DNA from: Candidatus Multivorans sp.
GTDB taxonomy: Bacteria; Acidobacteriota; Thermoanaerobaculia; Multivoradales; Multivoraceae
Assembly (NCBI GenBank): GCA_965247095.1
Contig: OZ251997.1
Coordinates: 2,912,001 to 2,976,000, forward strand
DNA: 64,000 nucleotides
Reading direction: 5' to 3'
Shown: piece by piece, positions 9,582-19,410 of the stretch
How positions within the stretch are numbered: position 1 is the stretch's first letter
Layout: every line of letters begins with the position of its first letter
Notes under the pieces: generated by a model
The model's input: the letters and a program-made list of their open reading frames with translations, nothing else
What the model was told of the DNA's origin: nothing
Databases searched by the model: none
Made by a program: the position numbers and the translations under genes

Positions 9582-9926
9582 ATGCGACAACCGATGAAAG
9601 CGGAGGACCGCCTCGTTGCGGCCATGGTGGACGCCATCGTTGCCGAAGTCGATCCGGAACGGGTGATTCTCTTCGGCTCGCGGGCGCGAGGGGAGGAGGG
9701 GGAGAAGTCGGACGTGGACCTCGTCGTGATCGAGGCCGAGCCGTTCGGCGAGAGCAGGAGTCGGCACGCGGAAATGGTGCGCATTGATGTCGCGCTCGCG
9801 AAGTTCAGGGTGCCTGCGGACGTCCTCGTCTACAGCGAAGACGAAGTCGAGTACTGGCGCGATTCGATCAACCACGTGCTGGCGCGTGCACTGCGGGAGG
9901 GGCGAGCCCTCTATGAGCGACCCTAA
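9582..9926 (+). CDS. Minimal nucleotidyltransferase (MNT) antitoxin
   Basis: VILFGSRARG...SDVDLVVI motif; possible alternative start at 9594. Confidence 0.85.
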   Translation: MRQPMKAEDRLVAAMVDAIVAEVDPERVILFGSRARGEEGEKSDVDLVVIEAEPFGESRSRHAEMVRIDVALAKFRVPADVLVYSEDEVEYWRDSINHVLARALREGRALYERP

Positions 9927-10158
9927 GTGCGCTCGTCCGATCACCCACAACATCGCCCAACTGCTCGACGCTCTGCAAGCGCATGAGATGGAGGCCGTGG
10001 GCTACCGGGATCTGATTGCCCTCAATCCGTATGCGGTTCGGCTCCGCTATGTGGGGCAAGAGCCCGAGACGCCGGGAGTCGATCGTGAAGCGGTCGTTGG
10101 GCGAATCGAGTCGCTCATGGAGCGGGTGCAGTGGCAACTGAGTCGCTCGCTCCAATAG
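9913..10158 (+). pseudogene. HEPN-domain toxin with probable internal deletion
   Basis: MSDPKCAR joins directly to PITHNIAQLL...LNPYAVRLRY. Only 81 aa; lacks the FHAQQAxEK-type helix expected in MNT-associated HEPN proteins. Confidence 0.65.
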
Positions 10159-10168
10159 AGCCTGGCGC

Positions 10169-10328
10169 CAAGGTCATCATCATCGCCGGGCCCAACGGCG
10201 CCGGGAAGACCACGTTCGCCCTGGAGTACCTGCCCTATGAACCGGTCATCAGGCGGCGGTTCGACCGGAGCTTGAAGAACTTGGTGGAGAACGGCGAGAT
10301 GGTGGAGATCGAGCCGGCACCGAACTGA
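10169..10328 (+). pseudogene. Collapsed copy of the zeta-like ATPase and its partner gene
   Basis: Three joined segments matching 8792-8868, 9172-9208 and about 9433-9472. Confidence 0.85.
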
Positions 10329-10338
10329 GCGGTTGCCG

Positions 10339-10725
10339 CTACCACGAGATCCGCACGGGATACTGAGAAACCAGCCTGTCCGGCGTTACCAGCGTCATGC
10401 CGTGCTCGATCGCCTGGCAGATCAGGAGGCGGTCGAAGGGGTCCTTGTGGAGGGGCGGGAGACGTTGTAGCTGCAGAGCGCTCGCTTCATCAAAGGGGAG
10501 GCTCTCAAAGCCGTGGCGCCTGCGCTGTTCGGGCACGAAGAGCTGAGGGTCCTGTGGCAACGGCAATCGGCCGAGGCCGTGTTTCACGGCGATTTCCCAA
10601 GCCGACGATGCGCTGAGATATACGGTGAACGCCGGGTCGGACACGGATCTTCGGACGGTCGCCGGCAGCCTGCGGTCATCCAGGCACCACCAGAGGAAGG
10701 TGCAGGTGTCGAGTAGCAGCTTCAC
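10339..10725 (-). CDS. vapC: PIN-domain VapC toxin
   Basis: MKLLLDTCTFLWW, SAWEIAVK and HKDPFDRLLICQA; GTG start overlaps the antitoxin stop. Confidence 0.9.
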   Translation of the reverse strand: MKLLLDTCTFLWWCLDDRRLPATVRRSVSDPAFTVYLSASSAWEIAVKHGLGRLPLPQDPQLFVPEQRRRHGFESLPFDEASALQLQRLPPLHKDPFDRLLICQAIEHGMTLVTPDRLVSQYPVRISW

Positions 10726-10979
10726 TCGTCGGGGAAGACCGGTCCGTTCTCGAAGGCTTCGATGAAGTCGTCCGGCAGCGGATCGAAGAACGACTCCGGG
10801 ATCGTGAACTGTCCGCGGCACAGTCCAATGGGTCGGGGCTTCTTGCGCTCCCGCGGCAGCGGCCGGATCTCGGCGACCGGCTTGTTGCGACGGCAGAGGA
10901 TGATCGTCTCGCCTTCCTTGAGTTCGGCGATGTGGTGGGACAGGTGAGTCTTCGCTTCGTGCATGTTGAGTCGCTTCAT
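10722..10979 (-). CDS. Phd/YefM family antitoxin
   Basis: LNMHEAKTHLS...GETIILCRRNKPVAEI...FFDPLP. Confidence 0.9.
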   Translation of the reverse strand: MKRLNMHEAKTHLSHHIAELKEGETIILCRRNKPVAEIRPLPRERKKPRPIGLCRGQFTIPESFFDPLPDDFIEAFENGPVFPDE

Positions 10980-11085
10980 GACTGGAAACTTAGTTCATTT
11001 TCTGAGTCGTTGTCAAAGGGGGAAGATGACCGTGGAACCTCAGGACCCCTATGCGGAGGGAGAGCGAGGTCCTGCGATGCCGCGC

Positions 11086-13650
11086 CTACACCAGTTCGCT
11101 CAGCCGCCGGAGCGCCGCCAGCAGGTCCGGCTGCTCCGTCAGTACGCCGCGCAGCGGGTCGGTCTTGAGCTTCTTGAGCCGCTCCGGCACCGAGTGGATG
11201 TTGTGGTCGCGCAGGTCGAGGCCGGGTTTGACCTCGGACCAGCGGAGCGGTGTGGACACCGGCGCCGCGGGGAGCGGGCGGACGCTGAAGGGGGCGACCA
11301 GGAGGCGGCCGCGGCCGTTCTGGACGAAGTCGATGTAGACCTTGCCGTCGCGACGTTCGGGGTTGCGGGTGATGGTGGCGATGTCGGGCAACTGGCGGCA
11401 GATGATCTGGGCGATGAGTTGGCCGAGGCTGCGGGACTGTTCGAAGGTGCAGGCGCCGCCGAGCGGCAGGAGGACGTGCAGGCCGCTCGAGCCGCTGGTC
11501 TTGACGAAGCTGGGCAGCTTGATCTTCCGGCACAGGCGGCGGATGGCCAGGGCGATCTCGATCACGTCCTCGAACGGTGCGTCCTTGGGGTCAAGGTCGA
11601 GGATGCACCAGTCGGGCTGGCCGAGCTGGTGGCGCCGGCTGGACCACACGTGGAGGACGATCGCGCCCAGGTTGGCGACGTAGATCAGGCTCTCCCGGTC
11701 CTGGCAAACGAAGTACTCGACTTCCTTGTCCGTCCGGGGATTGGTCAGCTTGACCCTCTGCAGCCAGTTCGGTGCGAAGTCGGGCGCGTTTTTCTGGAAG
11801 AACGACTTGCCGTGGATCCCGTCCGGATAACGGGTCATCACCAGCGGACGGTCGGTGAGGTAGAGCTGCATCGCGTCGGCGATGGCGGCGTAGAAGTCGA
11901 TCAGGTCGCCCTTCGTGTAGCCCTCGACCGGCCAGAAGACCTTGGAGGTGTTCGTCACTTCGACGCGACGCTCCGGCGGCGCCGGCGGGGTGGCCCCGGG
12001 GGCTCGCGGCCCGGCGCCGCGCACGCAGTCCTCGATGGGCTTGTCATCGCGTAGGCGCAGAAAGACCGGGTGCCGGAGCATGCCGTGGGGCGTCCACTCC
12101 TTGTAGCGGACCTCGCAGATCAGCTCCGGGTCCGGCTCGACCCAGGTCTGGTCTTCGATCCGGCCGCCCATCAGGTCTCCCGCGGTCAGCTCGTCGCCCG
12201 CGGGCGACCGGCAGGGCGGCGCCTCAAGCTGGGCCAGGGAGAGCCGTTCGGTCAGTTCGCTGAGTGCGGCGTCGCTTAAGCCGGTGCCGACGCGCCCGGC
12301 GTAGACGAGCCCGGCAGCCTCGGCGTCCCACACCGCGAGGTGGAGCGAGCCGAAACCGACCCGGCTGCCCTTGGGCGGCGACATGCCGACGATCGCGAAG
12401 TCGGCGGTCCGTTCGGTTCGCAGCTTCACCCAGGACGACGAGCGGCGGCCGACGTAGCGGGAGTCGCCGTCCTTGGCCATCGCGCCCTCGAGGCCCATGG
12501 CCGCCACCTGCTCGAAGAAGGCCTCGCCCTGTTCCTCGATGTGGTCCGAGTAGCGGAGCGGTCCGGCCGGGGACAGGACCTTCGCCAGCAGGGCCTTCCG
12601 CTCCACGAGGGGCAGCGACCTCAGGTCCGACCCCTCGAAGGCGACGAGATCGAAGGCGAACAGGGTCGCGGGCCGGCGCACGGCGGCCTGTTCGATGTCG
12701 ACCGGGCGGCTGAGCAGGGCCCGCGTCTGCAGTCTGGCGAAGCTCGGTCTGCCGCCTGAGTCGAGCGCGACGACCTCGCCGTCCAGCACCAGGGACCGCA
12801 CCGGCAGGGCCCGCAGGGCGCGGGTCAGTTCGGGGTAGAGCGCGGTCACGTCGCCGCCGTTCCGGTAGCGCAGGAAGACGCTGCCGCCTTCCTTGGCCGC
12901 CACCAGCCGGTAGCCGTCGTACTTCAGCTCGTAGATCCAGCCCTGGCGCGAGAAGGGCCGGGCGCCGGTGACCGCCAGCATCAGCGGCAGAGACCGCGGA
13001 TCGACCCGGCGGCTGCGCGCGGCCGAGTCGGCGACGTCGGCGCGAACCTCCTCGATCCGCTCGCATCCGTCGCGCAGTTCCTCGACGGTGAGACCCGAGA
13101 GCACGGACTGGGGCGGCAGGTCATCGTCGCTGTCGCCGCCATCCGGCCGCGCGGCGGCGTCGGGCTTCTTCATCAGCAGCCACTGGTTCCCGTCGTCCTG
13201 CTGGCGCGGGTCTCTGATGCGGAACAGGGTCCAGACACCGCGCAGCTTGTAGCCGTGCAGCTCGAACAGGAGCTTGCCGGCTTCCATGCCGGCGACCGGA
13301 TCCTCGAGCGGCCTCCAGCGGCCGCTGTCCCAGACGATCATCGCGCCGGCGCCGTAGTTGCCGGCGGGGATCGATCCTTCGAAGTCGGCGTACTCCAGCG
13401 GGTGGTCCTCGGTGGCCACCGCCAGGCGCTTGACCTCCGGGTCGAGACTGGGTCCGCGCGGCACGGCCCAGGACTTGAGCGTGCCTTCGAGTTCCAGGCG
13501 CAGGTCGAAGTGGACCCGGCGTGCCGCGTGCTTCTGGACCACGAAGCGGCCGCCGCCTGTCCCCGTCGCAGGACCGAAGGGTTCTGGCGTCGCCTCGCTC
13601 GATCGCTTGCGGCGGTAGGCCTCGAGATTGCCGCTCGGCATCCGCTGCAT
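11086..13650 (-). CDS. ligD: DNA ligase D (phosphoesterase-ligase-polymerase)
   Basis: FVVQKHAARRVHFDLRLE (PE domain), ELKYDGYR (ligase motif I), RYPDGI, LDLDP and KTSGSSGLH (polymerase domain). Confidence 0.95.
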   Translation of the reverse strand: MQRMPSGNLEAYRRKRSSEATPEPFGPATGTGGGRFVVQKHAARRVHFDLRLELEGTLKSWAVPRGPSLDPEVKRLAVATEDHPLEYADFEGSIPAGNYGAGAMIVWDSGRWRPLEDPVAGMEAGKLLFELHGYKLRGVWTLFRIRDPRQQDDGNQWLLMKKPDAAARPDGGDSDDDLPPQSVLSGLTVEELRDGCERIEEVRADVADSAARSRRVDPRSLPLMLAVTGARPFSRQGWIYELKYDGYRLVAAKEGGSVFLRYRNGGDVTALYPELTRALRALPVRSLVLDGEVVALDSGGRPSFARLQTRALLSRPVDIEQAAVRRPATLFAFDLVAFEGSDLRSLPLVERKALLAKVLSPAGPLRYSDHIEEQGEAFFEQVAAMGLEGAMAKDGDSRYVGRRSSSWVKLRTERTADFAIVGMSPPKGSRVGFGSLHLAVWDAEAAGLVYAGRVGTGLSDAALSELTERLSLAQLEAPPCRSPAGDELTAGDLMGGRIEDQTWVEPDPELICEVRYKEWTPHGMLRHPVFLRLRDDKPIEDCVRGAGPRAPGATPPAPPERRVEVTNTSKVFWPVEGYTKGDLIDFYAAIADAMQLYLTDRPLVMTRYPDGIHGKSFFQKNAPDFAPNWLQRVKLTNPRTDKEVEYFVCQDRESLIYVANLGAIVLHVWSSRRHQLGQPDWCILDLDPKDAPFEDVIEIALAIRRLCRKIKLPSFVKTSGSSGLHVLLPLGGACTFEQSRSLGQLIAQIICRQLPDIATITRNPERRDGKVYIDFVQNGRGRLLVAPFSVRPLPAAPVSTPLRWSEVKPGLDLRDHNIHSVPERLKKLKTDPLRGVLTEQPDLLAALRRLSELV

Positions 13651-13755
13651 TCTCCCAGAAGCCGGCCGGCATACCCGGGGAGACCCCGGCCGCCAGTGTC
13701 AACGGAGCTTGCGGAAGAACGGCCGAACCGGTTTCGGTGCTAAGGTTTGCCGTCT

Positions 13756-14691
13756 ATGCCTGCTCGTTCCGTTGGCGCCGGCACCGTCTCGTTCGGCCTG
13801 GTTTCGATTCCCGTCCGGCTGTACTCGACGTCGGAGACCTCAGGCGGCGTCCGCTTCAACATGCTCGACCCGAGCGACAACACGCGGGTCAAGCAGCAGT
13901 TGGTCAACCCCCGGACCGGCGCGCTCGTGGAGCGGAAGGAGACGATCAAGGGCTACGAGTTCGGCAAGGGGCAGTACGTCACCTTCAACAACGAGGAGAT
14001 CCAGGAACTGCAGGAGAAGGCCTCGCCGGCGATCGAGATCACCGAGTTCGTGCCGCTGGCCGAGGTCGAGCCGATCTACTTCGAGAAGTCCTACTACCTG
14101 GGGCCGGAGAAGGGCGGCGAGCGCGCCTACCGGCTGCTCAGCGAGGCGATGCGAAGCACGGGCCGCTCGGCGCTGGCCAAGCACGCCGCGCGCGGCAAGC
14201 AGTATCTGGTCATGCTGCGGCCCTACGCCTCGGGTCTGCTGATGCAGCAACTGAAGTACGAGGACGAACTGAAGGCCTTCGACGAAGTGCCTCTGGGCGA
14301 AGAGACCGAACTCAAGCCCGGCGAACTCGAACTCGCGGTGCAGTTGATCGAGCAGATCGCCTCCGACGACTTCAGGCCGGACCAGTACACGGATGAGGTG
14401 CGCAAGCGGCTGTGGGACGCGATCCAGAGCAAGATCGATGGCCGCGAAGTCGCCGAGGACGAGACCGAGGCGCCGCAGGCGCAGATCATCGACCTGATGG
14501 AGGCGCTCAAGGCGAGCCTGTCGAAGAACGGCGAGGACGAGACCGAGGCAGGCGATGGCGCGGGCAGTTCCCGCAAGGCCGGCGGCGGCGCCAAGACCGC
14601 GAAGAAGGCGGTCGCTGATAGCAAGACAACAAAGAAGAAACGCGCGCGGCGGGCGAAGGCGGAACCAGCGCGCAGGGCCGCGGTTGGTTGA
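13756..14691 (+). CDS. ku: Non-homologous end joining protein Ku
   Basis: GTVSFGLVSIPVRLY, KGYEF, YFEKSYYL, IIDLMEALKASL and a basic C-terminal tail; divergent from ligD. Confidence 0.95.
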   Translation: MPARSVGAGTVSFGLVSIPVRLYSTSETSGGVRFNMLDPSDNTRVKQQLVNPRTGALVERKETIKGYEFGKGQYVTFNNEEIQELQEKASPAIEITEFVPLAEVEPIYFEKSYYLGPEKGGERAYRLLSEAMRSTGRSALAKHAARGKQYLVMLRPYASGLLMQQLKYEDELKAFDEVPLGEETELKPGELELAVQLIEQIASDDFRPDQYTDEVRKRLWDAIQSKIDGREVAEDETEAPQAQIIDLMEALKASLSKNGEDETEAGDGAGSSRKAGGGAKTAKKAVADSKTTKKKRARRAKAEPARRAAVG

Positions 14692-14887
14692 CGTGAGCCG
14701 CCGTCAGTGAAGCCCTCACGGCGAGGGCGTCAGTGCGGCTACGGCCGCGTCTATTCAACTGACTGGATCCGCGCACGCACACAGGCAGGGAGCGGCTAAG
14801 GTATTGCTTCGTCTTCGTCGTCCGTAGGCGGCCTGATCGGCCGTCCAAGAGCAGAACCGACCAGTCGTCAATACAGGAGTCCCCGAG

Positions 14888-15415
14888 ATCGCAACCCCAT
14901 CTAGAGAGCCGCGCATCAACCACCGGATCCGGAAAAGCCCGGTACGGCTCATCGATCAAGACGGTACCCAGTTGGGTGTCGTCGCCTTGGATCAGGCCAA
15001 GACGCGCGCTGAGGCAGCGCAGCTCGATCTCGTCGAAGTGGGTCCCAACGCGGACCCGCCCGTTGTCCGTATCCTGGACTGGGGCAAGGTCAAGTTCGAA
15101 CGCGACAAGAAGAACAAGGAGTCGCGGCGCAAGGCGGCGACGATCGATCTGAAGGAGGTCAAGTACCGGCCGACGATCGACCCGCACGACTACCAGATCA
15201 AGACCGACCGGGCGCTGCGCTTCCTGCGCGAGGGGAAGAAGGTCAAGGTGACGATCTTCTTCCGCTACCGGCAACTCCGCCGCCCCGAACTCGGTTTCGC
15301 CATCCTGGACAAGGTGAGCACGGCGATCGACGGAGTCGGCGAGGTCGAGACTCGCTCCGGACTCGAGGGCCGTCAGATGACGATGATCCTGAATCCGCTC
15401 GCGCAGGAGGACTGA
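14888..15415 (+). CDS. infC: Translation initiation factor IF-3 with non-canonical ATC start
   Basis: AGGAG at 14875-14879, then in-frame ATC 14888 giving (M)ATPSREPRINHRIRKSPVRLIDQDG; also DLVEV, PPVVRILDWGK, IDPHDY and KVKVTIFFR. Confidence 0.9.
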   Translation: MATPSREPRINHRIRKSPVRLIDQDGTQLGVVALDQAKTRAEAAQLDLVEVGPNADPPVVRILDWGKVKFERDKKNKESRRKAATIDLKEVKYRPTIDPHDYQIKTDRALRFLREGKKVKVTIFFRYRQLRRPELGFAILDKVSTAIDGVGEVETRSGLEGRQMTMILNPLAQED

Positions 15416-15448
15416 GGCCGGACGAGGGTTGCCGCGCGAGCGGTACAG

Positions 15449-16000
15449 GTGGTCATGCGGATCCCGGTCGTCATCTTTGGGGTGCTGGTTGCACTCTGCG
15501 CCGTGGTGCTGGTGCTGGCGCTGGTGGAGGAGCCGGCGGACAGCCGCGGCATCGACCATCCCGAGTACCAGACGATGCGCCAGGGCGGCAGCACCGACCG
15601 CCACGACTCTGTCCTGTTCTGGGGCTGGCTCTACGGCACCCTGTCGATCGTCCTGTTCGTGGGGCTGATGGCGCTGGGGCTCCGGCGGGGCGGCAAGCTA
15701 CCGGCGGGCAGCGGCCGTGCTCTGTCCTGGGGGCTGGGGCTCTTTGTCCTGGTGTTCACGATGCTGGTGTTGAGCTACCGGGCCTACGCCGAGCCGGGCG
15801 CGGAGCGCGCGCTGTTCGGGTCCTTCCCTGAGCCCACGGCGTGGATGCTCTACGCGCTGTGGCCGGTGCCGGTCGTCTTCGTCGTGCTCTACATGCGCTA
15901 CTTCGACCGATGGGTGATGAGCGATGAGGACGTGGCCGAGTTCGAGCGGTTGGTGGCGCGCTCACGGCGCGACCGCGAAGCGTCCGAAGGCGACGGCTGA
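15449..16000 (+). CDS. Four-TM membrane protein coupled to the symporter
   Basis: Four hydrophobic segments; its stop overlaps the next ATG (TGATG). Confidence 0.7.
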   Translation: MVMRIPVVIFGVLVALCAVVLVLALVEEPADSRGIDHPEYQTMRQGGSTDRHDSVLFWGWLYGTLSIVLFVGLMALGLRRGGKLPAGSGRALSWGLGLFVLVFTMLVLSYRAYAEPGAERALFGSFPEPTAWMLYALWPVPVVFVVLYMRYFDRWVMSDEDVAEFERLVARSRRDREASEGDG

Positions 16001-17481
16001 TGGACGGCGGCAACATCGTCATCCTGACCTGCATCGGGGTCTACCTGGCGGTCTGCATCGCGGTCGGTCTGTGGGCGCTGCGGCGGACGAAGTCGACCCG
16101 CGATTTCTTCATGGCCGGCCGGGACCTGGGGATCATCGTCACCGCGCTGGCCGTGTTCTCGAGCACGCTTTCGGGCTTCGGCTTCGTCGGCGGGCCGGGA
16201 CTCGTCTACCGGATGGGCCTGAGTTCGCTGTGGATGGTGGTCTGCGCCTCGGTCGGGTACGTGATCGCCTTCTACCTGCTCGGCAAGCGCCTGCGTCTGT
16301 TCGCCGAGCTGCGGGACTCGATCTCGCTGCCCGATGTGGTGGCGGCGCGCTACCGGAGCGAGTGGAGCCGGTTGCTCACCGCGATCGCCATCCTGCTCGG
16401 GGTGATGGGCTACCTGGCAACCCAGATCCTGGCGATGGCCACAGTCCTCCAGGACATTCTGAGGAGCACGCTGGGAAGCGGTATCAGCATCGAGGCGTGC
16501 GTCGCCCTTTCGTGTGCCGTGCTGGTGTTCTACTGCGTCACCGGCGGCATCATCGCCTCCGTATACACGGACCTGATTCAGGGCTTCGTGATGATGGTTG
16601 CCGCGGTGCTGGTGCTGCTGGCTGCGATCGCCGCGATCGACGGCGGCTTCGCCGGCATGAGCGAGGCGATCATGGCCGACGATCCGGAGTCGATGTCCCC
16701 GTGGGGCGCGGCGGGGATGATGAACTCGCTGTCCTGGTACTTCGTTTTCGCTCTGGGCCTCGCCGGTCAACCGCACATCATCACCAAGATGATGATGAGC
16801 CGCCGGGTGAAGGATGCGCGCAGCATCCTGCCGGTATCGCTCGGGGCCTACGTGGTCTCTGCCCTGCTCTGGATCAGCATCGGCCTGGTCATGCGCGCCC
16901 TGGTGCTGCAGGGCCTCCACCCGGAGATTCCGGGCGCCGACGCCGCGGCGCCGCAGTTTCTGCAGGCGTTCGCCCATCCGCTGCTGGCGGGCGTGGTCTT
17001 CGCCGGCCTGTTCGCCGCGATCATGTCGACGGCGGATGGCTTTCTGAACATCGGCGCCGCCGCCGTGGTTCACGACATTCCCCAGTTCTTCCGAGGGCGT
17101 TCGGTGAAGAACGAGCTTTTCTGGGCCCGCACCTGGACCCTGATTATCGCGGTCCTGGCGTCGCTGTTCGCGCTCTACAGCGGCGAGGGCCTGGTCGCGC
17201 TGCTCGGCGCGTTCGGTTGGGGCACCTTCGCCGCCGCACTGGTGCCGACGGTAGCGATCGGCTTCAACTGGAAACGGGCGACCGCCACCGCTGCCAACGT
17301 CGCCATCCTCTCCAGCCTGGTGATCAACTTCTCGATCCAGGTATTCGGGCTGCGGGTGCCCTTCGGCATCGACGGCGGCGCGCTCTCGCTTCTCGTCTCC
17401 CTGACCCTCTTCTTCGGCATCTCCCTGCTGTCCAAACCGCCGCAACTCGCCCCCGACGTCGCGGCGGTCATGGACATGTGA
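16000..17481 (+). CDS. Sodium:solute symporter (PutP/PanF-like)
   Basis: DFFMAGR, SGFGFVGGPG, GGIIASVYTDLIQG, GQPHI and AAIMSTAD. Confidence 0.9.
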   Translation: MDGGNIVILTCIGVYLAVCIAVGLWALRRTKSTRDFFMAGRDLGIIVTALAVFSSTLSGFGFVGGPGLVYRMGLSSLWMVVCASVGYVIAFYLLGKRLRLFAELRDSISLPDVVAARYRSEWSRLLTAIAILLGVMGYLATQILAMATVLQDILRSTLGSGISIEACVALSCAVLVFYCVTGGIIASVYTDLIQGFVMMVAAVLVLLAAIAAIDGGFAGMSEAIMADDPESMSPWGAAGMMNSLSWYFVFALGLAGQPHIITKMMMSRRVKDARSILPVSLGAYVVSALLWISIGLVMRALVLQGLHPEIPGADAAAPQFLQAFAHPLLAGVVFAGLFAAIMSTADGFLNIGAAAVVHDIPQFFRGRSVKNELFWARTWTLIIAVLASLFALYSGEGLVALLGAFGWGTFAAALVPTVAIGFNWKRATATAANVAILSSLVINFSIQVFGLRVPFGIDGGALSLLVSLTLFFGISLLSKPPQLAPDVAAVMDM

Positions 17482-17496
17482 CCGCGCCGGCGCCGG

Positions 17497-18660
<1,164 letters not shown>

Positions 18661-18765
18661 TCAGACGCTACCATCAGTAGTGGCGCCCGGTCGTGTGGTC
18701 GACGTGAGGGCGTAAATGAGGAGGAAGAGAATCTGAAGTAGAACCTCTAAGGGAGGGAAAGACAA

Positions 18766-19371
18766 ATGCGCAAACTGCTCATGGAGCTGATCGGCACGAT
18801 GTTCCTGATGATGGCTGTGGCCTTCTCAGGGAACAATCCCATCGCCGTCGGACTGATGTTGGCGATGATGGTCTACAGCGGCAGACACCTGTCTGGCGCC
18901 CACTACAACCCGGCAGTGAGCGTAGCCGCCTGGATGCGAGGCAAGATCGGGGCGGCGGATGCCCTCAAGCACATGGTGGCCCAACTCGTTGGCGCCGGTT
19001 TGGGCTGGTGCGTCTTCCGGCTCGTCACGGGCGACGGCTTCGCCCTGATGCCGGTCGCGGAGCATGAACTCTGGCACGGTATGTTGGTCGAGGCGCTCTT
19101 CACGTTCGCGCTCGCCACCGTGGTCCTGAATGTTCGCTCGGACAACTCCGCTCACGGTCTGGCGATCGGCTTCGCGCTCGCGGCAATGGTGTACGCCGGC
19201 GCTGGCGTCTCGGGCGGCGCCTTCAACCCGGCTGTCGGGATCGGGCCGCAGATCATGGGCGCGATATCAGGCGGCAGCTTCGATGCCTCCACGCTGGCGC
19301 TCTACGGGGTCGGCCCGTTGGTCGGCGGTGCTTTGGCGGCGGTCGTCTACAAGTTCCTTAACGCCGACTAA
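18766..19371 (+). CDS. Aquaporin (MIP family)
   Basis: SGAHYNPAVS and SGGAFNPAVG motifs; about six TM segments; strong RBS. Confidence 0.9.
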   Translation: MRKLLMELIGTMFLMMAVAFSGNNPIAVGLMLAMMVYSGRHLSGAHYNPAVSVAAWMRGKIGAADALKHMVAQLVGAGLGWCVFRLVTGDGFALMPVAEHELWHGMLVEALFTFALATVVLNVRSDNSAHGLAIGFALAAMVYAGAGVSGGAFNPAVGIGPQIMGAISGGSFDASTLALYGVGPLVGGALAAVVYKFLNAD

Positions 19372-19410
19372 GGTTCGCGGCGCCGGCATAGTCCGGCCCG
19401 GAAACCGCGC

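Noticed and set aside
11086-14691. Ku-LigD pair as a novel system
   Set aside because: This is standard bacterial NHEJ; the domain order and basic Ku tail are known.
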